Shown here one piece after another: positions 18,318-29,413 of a stretch of DNA of 64,000 bases (positions are counted from its first letter, which is position 1; every line of letters starts with the position of its first letter). This stretch comes from an uncultured Desulfosarcina sp. (GTDB taxonomy: Bacteria; Desulfobacterota; Desulfobacteria; Desulfobacterales; Desulfosarcinaceae). The notes under the pieces were generated by a model that did no database searches, was not told where the DNA came from, and was given only the letters and a program-made list of their open reading frames with translations. The stretch lies in assembly GCA_963674945.2 (NCBI GenBank), contig CAXXWQ010000004.1:288001-352000 (forward strand), read 5' to 3'. The position numbers and the translations under genes were made by a program.

Positions 18318-19836
18318 CGAAAAAAAGGGAAAGGTTTTTCTGGTGGGCGCCGGCCCTGGTGATCCTGGACTGGTCACCGTCAAAGGGGTCGAGTGCATCG
18401 CAACCGCCGATGTTGTGGTGTACGACTACCTGGCGCCACCGGCCCTTTTGCACCATGCAAGACCCGGTACCGAACTGATCTACGTGGGCAAGAAGGGTGG
18501 AGACCATACCTTGTCCCAGGAGGGAATCAACCGGCTCATCGTGGAAAAAGCAGTGCAGGGTCGCGTCGTGGCGCGACTCAAGGGGGGAGATCCCTTCATC
18601 TTCGGTCGCGGCGGAGAAGAGGCCGAGGAACTTATCGCCGCCGGCATCCCCTTCGAAGTCGTTCCCGGCGTCACCGCGGCCATCGGTGCTTCGGCCTATG
18701 CGGGAATTCCTTTGACCCATCGCGATCACACCTCCGACGTCGCCTTCGTCACCGGGCATGAAGATCCCACCAAGACCGAGTCCAGTATCGACTGGCGGGC
18801 ACTGGCCACGGGCATCGGCACACTGGTCTTTTTCATGGGCGTCAAGAACCTGCCGACGATCGTTGCCAACCTCACGGAAAATGGAAGACCAAAGAACACA
18901 CCGGTCGCGGTGATCCGCTGGGGAACCACGCCAAGCCAGCAAACCGTGACCGGAACTTTGGAATCCATTGTCGACGATGTGAGAGAAGCAAAAATAAAAG
19001 CACCGGCGATAATTATCGTCGGCGGCGTCGTGACACTTCGAAAAACCCTGAAGTGGTTCGAAAACCGCCCCCTTTTCGGACGACGGATCGTGGTCACCCG
19101 ATCCCGTGAACAGGCCAGTGACCTGGTTCATCGTCTCTCGGCGTTGGGGGCCCAGTGCATTCAATGCCCTACCATCGAAGTCGTCCCCCCAGCGGAATGG
19201 ACGGCGGTGGACAACGCCATCTCGGTTCTTTGCGACTACGATTGGATCATCTTCACCAGTGTCAACGGGGTGGAGTACTTTTTCCGGCGCCTTTGGGAAA
19301 AAGGATTTGATGCAAGGGCCCTGGGCCACCTGAAGACCGCCACCATCGGCCCGGCCACCGCGGATCGCCTACGATCCAAAGGTCTTTTCAGTGACATCAT
19401 CCCCAAAAGCTTCCGGGCGGAATCCGTGGTGGAGGCCTTCGCGGCCACCGAGGTGGCGGGGAAAAAGATCCTCTTGCCAAGGGCCAAGGAGGCACGTGCC
19501 ATCCTGCCCGAGGAGTTGTCCCGGATGGGTGCCACTGTCGACGAGGTAACGGTTTACGAAACCCGCCATGGTGGGGCAGATGAGGAGGGACTGATCCGGC
19601 GGCTGAAAGAAAAGACCGTTGACCTGGTCACCTTCACCAGTTCGTCCACCGTGAAAAACTTTTTCCGGATGCTGCCCGAGGGTCGGATGAAGGATCTGAT
19701 GGCAGGGGTCACCATTGCCAGCATCGGCCCCATCACTTCCCAAACCGCAAGGAAATTGGGACTGACCGTCACCATCGAAGCGAAAAATTTCACTATTCCC
19801 GGACTCATCGAGGCGATTTTGGATTATCGAGGATAG
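18307..19836 (+). CDS. cobA: Fused uroporphyrinogen-III C-methyltransferase / uroporphyrinogen-III synthase (CobA/HemD)
   Basis: The methyltransferase part has [10 protein letters not shown] and [16 protein letters not shown]. The HemD part has [14 protein letters not shown] and FTSSSTV. Confidence 0.95.
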   Translation: MHNNEKKGKVFLVGAGPGDPGLVTVKGVECIATADVVVYDYLAPPALLHHARPGTELIYVGKKGGDHTLSQEGINRLIVEKAVQGRVVARLKGGDPFIFGRGGEEAEELIAAGIPFEVVPGVTAAIGASAYAGIPLTHRDHTSDVAFVTGHEDPTKTESSIDWRALATGIGTLVFFMGVKNLPTIVANLTENGRPKNTPVAVIRWGTTPSQQTVTGTLESIVDDVREAKIKAPAIIIVGGVVTLRKTLKWFENRPLFGRRIVVTRSREQASDLVHRLSALGAQCIQCPTIEVVPPAEWTAVDNAISVLCDYDWIIFTSVNGVEYFFRRLWEKGFDARALGHLKTATIGPATADRLRSKGLFSDIIPKSFRAESVVEAFAATEVAGKKILLPRAKEARAILPEELSRMGATVDEVTVYETRHGGADEEGLIRRLKEKTVDLVTFTSSSTVKNFFRMLPEGRMKDLMAGVTIASIGPITSQTARKLGLTVTIEAKNFTIPGLIEAILDYRG

Positions 19837-19874
19837 CCCGAACCACTTTGTGATTTGAGACCAATGAACGGGAC

Positions 19875-20900
19875 ATGCCGTTGAAAAAAGACAGCGAGAA
19901 CAAACAATCGCCTTTTGCCGGACTGGAAGACGGCCATAAACGGTACCTGAACTACCTGCGGGTCTCCATAACGGATCGATGTAATCTTCGGTGCCTCTAC
20001 TGCGTTCCAGACGGCCGCATTCCCAAACTTCGCCACGACGACATCCTTACCTACGAAGAAATCCTTCGTATCATCAAGATCGGCATCGATTTGGGCATTC
20101 GAAAAGTACGAATCACCGGTGGAGAGCCCTTGGTGAGAAAAGGGGCGATCGATTTTTTACGGCAACTGACCCGATTGGATAAACTGGAAGACATTTCGTT
20201 GACCACAAATGGGGTTCTATTGAAATCCAAGGCCAGACAAATCTTCGACGCAGGCATCCGCCGCATCAACGTCAGCCTGGACACCCTGGATCGCGACAAG
20301 TACGCCCATATTACCGGTTACGACCGGTTCGAAGAAGTGTGGCGCGGCATCCGGTGCGCCGAAAAACTCGGTTTCGATCCGATCAAAATCAACGTTGTGG
20401 CCATGCGGGGTATCAATGATGACGAGTTCGTGGATTTCGGACGCCTCTCCCTTTCCACTCCGTTTCACATCCGCTTCATCGAGTACATGCCCATCGGCAG
20501 CAGCAGGAACCGCTTCTCGGATCAGATCCTGACACCGGAAATACAGGAAAAACTGGAAACCATCGGACCGTTGACGGCGGTGGAACGTGCCATCATCGAC
20601 GGCCCGGCGAGGCGGTATCGTTTTGCCGGCGCGCCTGGCGAGGTCGGCTTCATCAGCGCCCTGAGCCACCATTTCTGCGGCCAGTGCAACCGTCTTCGGC
20701 TGACGGCCGATGGAAAATTACGCGCCTGCCTTCTGTCCGATCATCACACACCGTTGAAAGGGGTACTGCGGGATGGCGGATCGGATGAAGAACTGGCCGC
20801 CATCTTCCGTGACGCGGTCAAACAAAAAGCGGCCCGGCACCAGCTTATGGCCGATGGTATCGGCTGCGTCAGGGATCCGATGCAGGGCATCGGTGGTTGA
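19875..20900 (+). CDS. moaA: GTP 3',8-cyclase (molybdenum cofactor biosynthesis)
   Basis: Motifs YLRVSITDRCNLRCLYC, TGGEPL, RFIEYMP and FCGQCNRLRLTADG, with C-terminal IGG. Confidence 0.97.
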   Translation: MPLKKDSENKQSPFAGLEDGHKRYLNYLRVSITDRCNLRCLYCVPDGRIPKLRHDDILTYEEILRIIKIGIDLGIRKVRITGGEPLVRKGAIDFLRQLTRLDKLEDISLTTNGVLLKSKARQIFDAGIRRINVSLDTLDRDKYAHITGYDRFEEVWRGIRCAEKLGFDPIKINVVAMRGINDDEFVDFGRLSLSTPFHIRFIEYMPIGSSRNRFSDQILTPEIQEKLETIGPLTAVERAIIDGPARRYRFAGAPGEVGFISALSHHFCGQCNRLRLTADGKLRACLLSDHHTPLKGVLRDGGSDEELAAIFRDAVKQKAARHQLMADGIGCVRDPMQGIGG

Positions 20901-20918
20901 TGGCCGACCATCGGCACA

Positions 20919-21389
20919 TTAGAATCGTAATGTCGCCGTCAACCGAAGCGGCTTCTTCAGAAGATCCAATGCGGACAGGATGTCGGTACAAACCACATCG
21001 GCTGCCTGAAGCGTCTTACCATGGGCTCCTTCCGCCAGGATCACCGCGATTCCCAATGCGCATGCCGCCAGCATCGGCCCATCGTTTCGGCCATTGCCGA
21101 TGCATGCCGTACGGTCGGCCCCCAGCCGGCTGACAAAAGCCTGTTTTGCGAGATCCTGTCGTCCCGATTCCAAAACGGTCAGTTTGCACGTTACACCTTC
21201 GAGACCGCCTTTCGCGAGACCGAATGTATCGGCCGTTACGACGTGAATGGTCAACTGTTCGGACAGCGCGTTGAGCGCATCCTTGACGCCTGGGATGAGG
21301 GTGCCGTCCACGGCAAGGGTCCCATTATAATCCAAGACGAGATGTTCTATCGTTAATGGACCAAAACCTGGGATTTGTATGGGTTGCAC
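20919..21389 (-). CDS. HAD-superfamily hydrolase (soluble P-type ATPase-like)
   Basis: Motifs LDYNGTLA, TADTFG and IGNGRND. GTG at 21389 follows AAGGAG. Confidence 0.85.
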   Translation of the reverse strand: MQPIQIPGFGPLTIEHLVLDYNGTLAVDGTLIPGVKDALNALSEQLTIHVVTADTFGLAKGGLEGVTCKLTVLESGRQDLAKQAFVSRLGADRTACIGNGRNDGPMLAACALGIAVILAEGAHGKTLQAADVVCTDILSALDLLKKPLRLTATLRF

Positions 21390-21630
21390 GATCTTCTCCT
21401 TTTCTGCTTCGGCAAATGACCACGCCATGTTCCGTGTTTATGAACGTACCGATGATTTTCCGGATACTTGAAAAATGGGTGAATGTGCCGAAGTCGATTA
21501 AAGTCTTACGTTATATATACCGATAGTATCATTTTCAACAGTGTATCTTGTTTTCCGTGCATGTTTTATCACCAGTTGATATAATGCGGTTTCGGTTGAG
21601 ATCATCCGAAAAGTAGACGAAGGGAGCGAC

Positions 21631-22128
21631 ATGCTGGCAAAAGAATTCGAATCAACCGAATCGAGTCAAGAAGAGTTGGTGGACTTCATCATCAATCTGC
21701 CCCTATTTGAGTTTCTTGAGATGGATGATCTGAACGAAGTGGCCAGACGCATGGCGTTCTTGGATATCGAACCAGGCGATGTATTGTTCCAGGAGTGGGA
21801 AAAAGCCGACTTTGCCTGCTTCATCGAAAGCGGTGAACTGGATGTCACCAAAAAGACCGGTCCCGAAAAAAGTGAAGTGATCGCTACATTGCGGCGCGGC
21901 AGATCCATTGGCGAGATGTCCATCATCAATAACTTCCCCCGTTCCTCTACGGTGATTGCCCGATCGAAGGGAAAGCTCGCGATTCTTCCACGATCGAGTT
22001 TCGAGGACTTACTGGACAAAGAGGTGGATATCGGTATTAAAATCTTGAAGGGGCTGGCAAATCTTCTCAGTGTAAACCTCAAGAAGACTTCGAGCCGCCT
22101 GGCGGACAACATGCTACCCATGGGGTAA
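21631..22128 (+). CDS. Stand-alone cyclic nucleotide-binding domain protein
   Basis: Motifs LPLF, GDVLFQE, IESGEL, IGEMSII and PRSSTV. Confidence 0.88.
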   Translation: MLAKEFESTESSQEELVDFIINLPLFEFLEMDDLNEVARRMAFLDIEPGDVLFQEWEKADFACFIESGELDVTKKTGPEKSEVIATLRRGRSIGEMSIINNFPRSSTVIARSKGKLAILPRSSFEDLLDKEVDIGIKILKGLANLLSVNLKKTSSRLADNMLPMG

Positions 22129-22204
22129 AGGAGTCGCTACACAATTCAGCACATGTACAAAAAAAGGGGAGCGGCGCTTCTTGGGACTGCTCTCTCGACA
22201 CCTC

Positions 22205-22504
22205 CTACTCTTTCTCTTCATATGCCATTTCCGCCCGTTCTTCCAACCGCAGCATCTCGCCCTCGGAAACGATCTCTTTTTCCACCAAGATATCACCGAT
22301 ACCGGCCCAGCGAAGGGCATCTACTTCCAAAATCGTTTTCGGCCGTTTGTTTTCCAGGCTGTAAAATGTATATTCCAGCGTCAATTCACCCTTTGGCAAA
22401 ATCGAAAAAGAACGCTTATAGTAGATGAAATGGTGGCTGAGAACATAATAACCCGCCGCGATACAAATACCAATGATGATGTATTTCTTAATCTGATTCC
22501 ACAT
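22205..22504 (-). CDS. Hypothetical protein with an N-terminal membrane anchor
   Basis: ORF overlaps the end of the S8 protease gene. It has an N-terminal hydrophobic helix. Confidence 0.7.
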   Translation of the reverse strand: MWNQIKKYIIIGICIAAGYYVLSHHFIYYKRSFSILPKGELTLEYTFYSLENKRPKTILEVDALRWAGIGDILVEKEIVSEGEMLRLEERAEMAYEEKE

Positions 22505-25145
22505 TACCACTTCCTCCCAATCGTCGGGTGGTCGATTCTTCCGAGCACAACAATTGGCTGTCGAAAAGATTGATATTGAACTCGGTGCGGAAGTTCAACC
22601 CTGAAGCATTTTTATCAACGGTGATCACGCTGGGCTGATCGATGCTGATGTATGCACCGAAGGCGTTTCCCACATCGCCGAGGACGGAATCGTTGTCCAT
22701 ATCGCTGCCGGCATAGAGCAGGTATTGTCCTTTGGCGACATTTGAGAAGGAAAAATGATAAATCCCATCGATAAGGGTGGCCTGTACCTCTTCCAACGCG
22801 TCATGGGTTTCCGGATCCAGCAAAAGGACGTAGTGATGGCCTGCATCCGCAAACTGGTCATCACTGCCGACTTGCATGTACACGGGAACATAAACGGTAT
22901 TAATGGAGGAGACAATGGTAATCAGCCCCCCAAAAGCACCATCGGCCAATCCGGTGCGAGCCACCGATACCCGATACGTTCCCAGTCCATCATCGTCGAC
23001 CGTTTCTGATTCGACGGACAGCCAGTCCGCGTCATCAATAAGGGAATCGACGATCAAGGGCGACTCGACAGAACCTGTTTTTTCGATATTGAGGATCGCC
23101 GTCGAGATGGAGTTACCCAGATCGATCATCGCCGGATCGGCAATCAACGCAGTGGGAACAATCCCTCCCAGAACGGCGTCGACTGCCTTTTGAGCATCGA
23201 TCATGCCATAACCATATATTTCATCCTTGCCGGGAGCACCCAGGTCTTGTGTGATGGCCCCGCTTCGAAGCAGATCGAAGAAATCATCGGCGCTCATTTC
23301 CGGCCAGACCGCCTTCATCAGCGCGGCCACGCCCGCGACATGGGGTGCCGCCATGGAGGTTCCCTGTTTGAAACCATAGACCAGCGAAATGGTACCGGCG
23401 GCATCGTCACCTGAGGTACTCAACACACCATCCGGATAACCATCACCGTTCAGGTCAGCCGTATTGTCACCACCGGGTGCGGCGACATCGACGGTATCGC
23501 CGAAACTGGAGTAGTAGGCGAGATTGGCAGCCTGGTCAAGGGCGCTGACGGAAACGACGTTGTCATAGGCCGCGGGATAGCTCTTGTCATCTCTGGCCTT
23601 GTTACCCGCCGCGGCGACGACGATGATTCCCATCTGGCGGATGGTGTCGAACAGGCTCTGTTCGATCGTGGAGAGCCCGCCGCCACCAAAACTCAGGTTG
23701 ATGATATCCGCCGGTTTGCCGGGCACCGTTCCCGATGAATTGGATAGCCCCGCCGCATACCGAACGGCCTGGAAGATGTCCCAGCTGGTGCCGCCGCCGA
23801 CCCCCAATGCCCGTACCGGCATGATACGCGCGGCATTCCACCCCACACCGGCCACACCGACACCATTGTTGGTATGGGCGCCGATGGTTCCGGCCACGTG
23901 GGTGCCGTGGAAAGTGGAACCGTCCTCGGCCTGGTCGCCCGGATCATAGGGATTGGGATCGATCCCGTCTCGATCACTCGGATCGGACTCCTCTCCCTCC
24001 ATATCCGGAGAACTTACGAAGTCGTACCCATCCGATGTCAGCCGGGCGGAAAGATCCGGATGGTCGAGCAAAACACCGGTATCCACGACGGCAACCACCA
24101 CCTCATCGTTACCGGTGTAAGTATCCCACGCCTCTGGCAGATGAATCAGGTCGTAGTGCCACTGTTTGTCAAAATGGGTGTCGCTGGGCTGTAAAAAAGG
24201 CCGGCGAATGAAATTCGGTGCGGCATCCTCGATATCCATTCTCCGCTTCATGGCCTTGATCACCCGAAGGGTGTCCAGCTTGCGCCGCAGCGGTTCGGAG
24301 ACGAATCCGGAAGAGACCGATTTAGAAGACGAAGACCGGAGACCGAGGGTATGAAGTAGGGTTCGGGTCTGATCGCCCGTCGAAAAAGAAAGACGTATCA
24401 CCCGTTCTTTGGATCCTTCGGCCAAAACGGCACCCTTGTTCTTCCCACCGAGAATAGACTGGAGCTCTGTCACCGATGATATTTGATCTCGGGTAACGCG
24501 GACCAGGATTTCCCCCGGCACGAAATCGTGGCGCAACCGAACGCCGGCCGTATCGCTTCCACCGGCAGCGCTACCGATGTTCAAGTTGTAATTGGATGCA
24601 TTGACGGTCATCTGCGGATCATCCACCAGCCTTACCTCGACCAAATAATCACCGTCTTCGATTATACTGAGAGATTCGTTTTGGCCCGCGCCGAGGGCCG
24701 CATCCACCAGAGTGAGATCATCGGCCCGGTACAGGTACAGATCCATATCCGTGGTATCGGGATTTGGGATGTACAATTGGATCGAATCCCCCGCCTTTAG
24801 CCGAATGCGGTAGTAGTCGGCAGGATCCCCTCCTTCTGTGGAACGCCCGGGTGCTCCCTGACCGGCAAGATTGAGATAACCGGCCAGGATGACAGGAACA
24901 TAGAGCTGCTGTGCGGTCTCCGGAGTGTCGTTGGAGGCATAGGATGCATTTGGGTCATTCACGTCACTGTCAACGGCGGAAGATCCGGAAGGCAAAATCA
25001 AGCCATCGATATTATAAAATCCTGACAAGGATGTAGCGCCGTTGGGAGCGTTGTCGTCCCCTCCCCCGAAGCAACCGGTCAGAATCAGTGTCAGAAAAAG
25101 AAACAGGACGTTTCTGGCCCGGCCATTGGGCGGACATCCTATCAT
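22488..25145 (-). CDS. Subtilisin-like S8 serine protease, probable lipoprotein, with PPC-like and C-terminal beta domains
   Basis: Catalytic triad motifs VAVVDTG, HGTHVAG and [11 protein letters not shown]. Lipobox-like LTGC. Confidence 0.92.
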   Translation of the reverse strand: MIGCPPNGRARNVLFLFLTLILTGCFGGGDDNAPNGATSLSGFYNIDGLILPSGSSAVDSDVNDPNASYASNDTPETAQQLYVPVILAGYLNLAGQGAPGRSTEGGDPADYYRIRLKAGDSIQLYIPNPDTTDMDLYLYRADDLTLVDAALGAGQNESLSIIEDGDYLVEVRLVDDPQMTVNASNYNLNIGSAAGGSDTAGVRLRHDFVPGEILVRVTRDQISSVTELQSILGGKNKGAVLAEGSKERVIRLSFSTGDQTRTLLHTLGLRSSSSKSVSSGFVSEPLRRKLDTLRVIKAMKRRMDIEDAAPNFIRRPFLQPSDTHFDKQWHYDLIHLPEAWDTYTGNDEVVVAVVDTGVLLDHPDLSARLTSDGYDFVSSPDMEGEESDPSDRDGIDPNPYDPGDQAEDGSTFHGTHVAGTIGAHTNNGVGVAGVGWNAARIMPVRALGVGGGTSWDIFQAVRYAAGLSNSSGTVPGKPADIINLSFGGGGLSTIEQSLFDTIRQMGIIVVAAAGNKARDDKSYPAAYDNVVSVSALDQAANLAYYSSFGDTVDVAAPGGDNTADLNGDGYPDGVLSTSGDDAAGTISLVYGFKQGTSMAAPHVAGVAALMKAVWPEMSADDFFDLLRSGAITQDLGAPGKDEIYGYGMIDAQKAVDAVLGGIVPTALIADPAMIDLGNSISTAILNIEKTGSVESPLIVDSLIDDADWLSVESETVDDDGLGTYRVSVARTGLADGAFGGLITIVSSINTVYVPVYMQVGSDDQFADAGHHYVLLLDPETHDALEEVQATLIDGIYHFSFSNVAKGQYLLYAGSDMDNDSVLGDVGNAFGAYISIDQPSVITVDKNASGLNFRTEFNINLFDSQLLCSEESTTRRLGGSGNVESD

Positions 25146-25166
25146 TGCAGGCCCCCGTTTTTCGAT

Positions 25167-26465
25167 TTAATCAGATCCTGCAACGGCGCCGATAAAGCAC
25201 CATATGGAACCGGAATAAGCCATGGTTGTGGCTTCGGCGGAACCGCTGTATTCGGAGTCGGCCGCATCGACATAGGCACGAACACGATAGTAATAGACGG
25301 TATCGCTGGACAGACCATTGTCTTCATATGTTGTTGTGTCCTCAACGACGGTAGCGATCTGAACGTAATTCTCCTCGTCATCCTTGCTTCGCTCGATTTT
25401 AAATCCCCGCTCATCGTCGCTGTTGTCGATCCAACTGATTTCGATGGTGGTCTCGTTTTTTTCCTCAGCCTCGAGGCCGGTGGGACGATCCGGTGGCGTA
25501 TCTCCGATGAACGCCCCGATACCGTAGGCATCGTCGAGTGTATCGACGGTGACTTCGGTGACGTTTTCCTCCTCCACGTCGATGCTGCTGATGCGCCCAC
25601 CGGACTGATGGACGATATATGCATAATTACCATTTCGCGGCGCGGCAATGCCACGGGGCGTGCCGCCAACCCGATAGGTGCCGATGATCGTATGCGCCGG
25701 AGATCGTATCACCGTTACCGTATCGTCTGCACTATTGGTCACGAAGACGTATGCGCCGTCTCCCCCAACCGCCACGCCCCATGGTTCATCACCCACGGAA
25801 ATGGTATCGACCACCTCGTTTTCGGCCGTATCGATTACCGATACGGTGTCCGAAAAGGTGTTGGCAACATATACATAATCGCCGGCCGGCGTCACGGCCA
25901 CCCCCGTTGGACCGTCTCCCACGTTTGAAATTGTCGTCTCACCATCCTTGTCAACGACACTGACGCTGTCGTCGTCGTGATTGGTCACATAGGCGACAGG
26001 TGTATTTTTGTCTCGATCATAATGAGCCGCCACGCCCCATGGCCCCTTTCCTACTTCAATGGTTTCATTGACCGTCCGGCTCGAGACAAAAATCTCAGTA
26101 ATTGTATCGTCCTCAAAATTGGCAACATAAGCATAATTTCCATTTGGTTCCACGGCGACGCCCCTCGGGGATGCGCCCACATCCACCTGGGATGGAGTCC
26201 CTGAAAAATCACCCGTATTGATAAACGATACGGAATCCTCACCGGTCCGGGTTACCAATACCTGCAGCCCATCCGGCGTCACGGCACAGCCGTATGGGCT
26301 GCCGGAGATCTCGGTTTCAAGGGTCGATTCACTGTCCGCGAGCACCCGAATCACTTCGTCGGCGCCACCGTTTGCGATGTATGCGGTGGTCTCGGCCCGG
26401 ATGAGGGATGGGGCAATCACTGACAGCATGACTGTCAGAATGAAGAAGGATACGGTTCGATTCAT
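25167..26465 (-). CDS. Secreted YVTN beta-propeller protein with a fibronectin type III domain and a CFI-type C-terminal motif
   Basis: Signal peptide and repeats of P-x-G-V-A-V...YV(A/T)N..DxVSV. The FN3 part reads WIDNSDDERGFKIERS...YYYRVRAY. The protein ends WCFIGAVAGSD. Confidence 0.85.
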   Translation of the reverse strand: MNRTVSFFILTVMLSVIAPSLIRAETTAYIANGGADEVIRVLADSESTLETEISGSPYGCAVTPDGLQVLVTRTGEDSVSFINTGDFSGTPSQVDVGASPRGVAVEPNGNYAYVANFEDDTITEIFVSSRTVNETIEVGKGPWGVAAHYDRDKNTPVAYVTNHDDDSVSVVDKDGETTISNVGDGPTGVAVTPAGDYVYVANTFSDTVSVIDTAENEVVDTISVGDEPWGVAVGGDGAYVFVTNSADDTVTVIRSPAHTIIGTYRVGGTPRGIAAPRNGNYAYIVHQSGGRISSIDVEEENVTEVTVDTLDDAYGIGAFIGDTPPDRPTGLEAEEKNETTIEISWIDNSDDERGFKIERSKDDEENYVQIATVVEDTTTYEDNGLSSDTVYYYRVRAYVDAADSEYSGSAEATTMAYSGSIWCFIGAVAGSD

Positions 26466-26598
26466 CTTTTCACTCCCCTGGCTTTCCTACGATTTGAACA
26501 GATGATGTAAATGTGTAATGATATCATATTCGCCAAGGCTTTGTCTGTATCTCTTTACGCCGTAATCTTCTCCATTTAGACTGACATGAAATGCAATA

Positions 26599-27663
26599 TC
26601 AATTATTCTCCCAGTATTCGGGAGGCATATCCGTGGCCAGGGCCAGTGCACCATCGGCACCCCCGAATAGTGGATCCGAGACAATATGAACATTACAGGG
26701 GCCATACTCTTTCAGCACCTGCTCTATATGATTGCGAAGGCCTTTTATCTGGCTGCCTCCCCCCGCGAGTATAATGTTGCTGCGGACTTTCCTTTGAAAT
26801 TCCGGGTCGAATTTCGCGATGAGTTCCAGCATGGTTTCCACCAACCCCGGCAAAATACTTTCGCAGGCACGTCGCATTTCCGATGTAATGTCGTGCATGG
26901 TCGGTTTTCCGTCCACCGGGATTTCAACATGCACTTCATTTTCCGGTTCTCCGATGAAGCTGTGCTCTTCCTTGAAACGTCGTACCATATTTAACGTAAA
27001 ATCGGCGTCAGGATACCGTTCATGCAGATAGGTCTGAAGCAGATGGTCGATATGATCACCGGCGGTAAAGACGGTTCGCTGGTCCTCCTCGGTGGGTATC
27101 GTGCCGGACATGATACAAAAATCCATTGTCCCGGCACCGATATCAATGACCATTGCATTGTTCAGGGCATCGAGGCCGTAAGCGACGGAAAAAGGTTCGG
27201 TAACCACCATGATCTCGTCGGCGAAATCGGCCACAAGACGCTTGATGGCGATCTTGTTGGCCTTGAAGGACTCGGATGGCACGCCGACGATCGCACGAGC
27301 TTTCTTGTAACCGTTATTTGCCTTTGCATTCTGGATCAGATGGCCGATCAACTCCTTTACGGCTGCTTCGCTTCGTTCGGAACCGTCTTTGATGACGCCG
27401 TTTTCCAGGGGACGGAAGATCTCCAGAGAGAGTCTGTTATCCAAGGCGTCCTCTCCGAACAATATCGGTTTGCCCAAAACTTTGCGAGCAACAAAATCCT
27501 TGGGCCACCCCACGTAACTTTCCACCCAATTTTTATTGCCGTTGCTTGCGGATATTGCGCTCCTGGACGTACCCAGATCGATTCCGATGTTGAGGATCTC
27601 ATCTTTTTTCCTGGCCTCTTTTGTTTCGTTTCCCTCATCGACGGTTTCTTGATTCTTGCCCAT
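26599..27663 (-). CDS. MamK-like actin-family ATPase
   Basis: Actin motifs GIDLGTS, DIGAGT and LAGGGSQI. Features recalled from MamK include SYVGWPKD..ARKVLG, EPFSVAYG, GTIPTEEDQ and C-terminal GALALATDMPPEYW. Confidence 0.88.
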   Translation of the reverse strand: MGKNQETVDEGNETKEARKKDEILNIGIDLGTSRSAISASNGNKNWVESYVGWPKDFVARKVLGKPILFGEDALDNRLSLEIFRPLENGVIKDGSERSEAAVKELIGHLIQNAKANNGYKKARAIVGVPSESFKANKIAIKRLVADFADEIMVVTEPFSVAYGLDALNNAMVIDIGAGTMDFCIMSGTIPTEEDQRTVFTAGDHIDHLLQTYLHERYPDADFTLNMVRRFKEEHSFIGEPENEVHVEIPVDGKPTMHDITSEMRRACESILPGLVETMLELIAKFDPEFQRKVRSNIILAGGGSQIKGLRNHIEQVLKEYGPCNVHIVSDPLFGGADGALALATDMPPEYWENN

Positions 27664-27664
27664 C

Positions 27665-28819
27665 TTACGATTCTCCTTTTGCTATTTTTAATTGCTGTGT
27701 TTCCAAATAAGAAACAATGCCTTCTTCTATGTACTTTGCCACCTTTTCCCGATAGCTGGTCAAGGACAGTTTGGCCTCTTCCTCCGCTTTCGAGATGCAC
27801 GATATTTCCACAAGGACGCTGGGCACCTCTATCTGGGAAAGAACTACGAATGGCGCCATCTTGACTCCTGAATCGAGGATGCTTTCATCTTGATGTTTCA
27901 AATTTCTGAAAAGACTCGTCTGAATGTTGGCGGCCAGCCTGGCAGATTCCTGGCGCTTTACCGTATTGCCCAGATCCTCAATGATCGCATCCAACTCACC
28001 CACGGAAAATTTTGACGCTTTGTTTTCCCGTTCTGCTGCACGCAGGGACTGGATGTTCAATGGAGGCCCGAAATAGTATGTTTCAATCAGATTGACGTCC
28101 TTTTGGGGCAGGCTGTTGACGTGTATGGAAATAAAAAGATCCGCCGAATTGGCCTTTGCAAATTCGACCCTGTCCGCCAGAGAGAGAGTTCGATCGTTTT
28201 CACGGGTAAGCAAAACGTTGTAAAGGTCCAATGTGTTCAATCGTTTCCTGAGCTTGACGGCCACATCCAGGGTAATGTATTTTTCTCTTGTCCCATCGGC
28301 TCCGATGGCGCCTGGATCCTTTCCGCCATGTCCCGGATCGATGACGATTGTTTTTACCCCCAATCCGAATACCGACGAAAGACGAACGGGGGCATTGGAC
28401 GACAACAGAAGATCGAAATCCGCCAGGCTCTGATCGGATGGTTCCTGCCCGTCCCAGTTTGCAGATTTACAAAGCAGTTGTGTTGAAGCAGAAACGGTTC
28501 GTTCCATTCCAGTGTCTATGTAACCCATCGGTTTGTCGACGGTCAGATGCATATTCGATTTCGACATGGACGAATTTTTTGGCCGTGACGCATACGGGTC
28601 TTTTTTTTGCGTCAATTCGTATGTAAAAGAGCTTGTAGCCAAGGCAATGACGATCAGAACAATACGTAAAATTTTGATGTGGGTTCTGCTGTTTGGTGCC
28701 AATACAGCATCGGGGTCGACTTTTTGAACGTACTTTCCTTCAAATCTTAAATTGTCGACGTAAATATCCCGAAGAATCGTTTTTTTCAGTTCGGTATTTC
28801 GCCTGCCGTGCGAAAGCAT
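27665..28819 (-). CDS. N-acetylmuramoyl-L-alanine amidase (Amidase_3) with an N-terminal transmembrane anchor
   Basis: Zinc and catalytic motifs IDPGHGGKDPGA, EK, FISIHVNS and SVLVEI are intact. Hydrophobic helix ILRIVLIVIALAT follows a ~48 aa N-terminal tail. Confidence 0.92.
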   Translation of the reverse strand: MLSHGRRNTELKKTILRDIYVDNLRFEGKYVQKVDPDAVLAPNSRTHIKILRIVLIVIALATSSFTYELTQKKDPYASRPKNSSMSKSNMHLTVDKPMGYIDTGMERTVSASTQLLCKSANWDGQEPSDQSLADFDLLLSSNAPVRLSSVFGLGVKTIVIDPGHGGKDPGAIGADGTREKYITLDVAVKLRKRLNTLDLYNVLLTRENDRTLSLADRVEFAKANSADLFISIHVNSLPQKDVNLIETYYFGPPLNIQSLRAAERENKASKFSVGELDAIIEDLGNTVKRQESARLAANIQTSLFRNLKHQDESILDSGVKMAPFVVLSQIEVPSVLVEISCISKAEEEAKLSLTSYREKVAKYIEEGIVSYLETQQLKIAKGES

Positions 28820-28904
28820 GTATAAATTTCACTTAAAAGGGGGCAATCAGGCCCGTTTTAAAACCTTTTCCGACCGTTCGGATTCACCATCGGGATAACA
28901 AAAA

Positions 28905-28921
28905 AGCAATATTCATGCCGA
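28905..28921 (-). promoter_or_regulatory. Sigma-54 (-24/-12) promoter of the amidase/MamK-like operon
   Basis: The minus strand reads TCGGCATGAATATTGCT (GG-N10-GC with TTGC), about 85 nt upstream of the amidase start. Confidence 0.7.
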
Positions 28922-29413
28922 ACAATTCGAAACGATGTTTCAGACGATTGCTTCCAAAGAAAGACACAGGCAAGGCGCGTTGCGTTCGGCACGGCCAAAG
29001 AATTTCCTATTGTAGAGGGCAGATTTTTGCATAAAGGGACGGTTATTTGTGCAGCATCATTCAATTGGGCTGATTTTGCGATTATACTGCTGTTGGCTTG
29101 ATTGCAGCGTCGAAAGATTGACGGATACCGGCAGATGATCAATGGTTTGGCTGCTGCCTGAATTGGAGACTCGACATCCGTCATGGGTGTTTCATTTTTG
29201 TTGACCGCCGTTGTCCCCACCCTTATTCTATGAAAAATCAAAACCTTTTGGTAAGAAAGAAGTGATTGGACGCGAATATGCGCCTGACGATTTACGACCA
29301 ATATCCTTTTACCGAAACGAAGCTTGGTCACCAGACGTCATGGCAGCACCAAAGCCGACGGCTCCTGCTTCCAAGGTGAGCAGGGAGCCAGTCGGAAAAG
29401 GAGGGATGTACCG

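Noticed and set aside
17282..19329. Long antisense ORFs (17282..18307 and 18298..19329) and similar ones opposite other genes
   Set aside because: They are shadows of well-supported GC-rich genes on the other strand and have no recognisable motifs.
26599..27663. Magnetosome gene island, or a canonical mreB
   Set aside because: No other mam/mad/mms genes and no mreC/mreD/pbp2/rodA are in the window, so neither magnetotaxis nor an elongasome can be claimed.
28858..29331. 157 aa ORF upstream of the amidase
   Set aside because: It has no recognisable domain and overlaps the sigma-54 promoter and the divergent regulatory region, so it is likely spurious.
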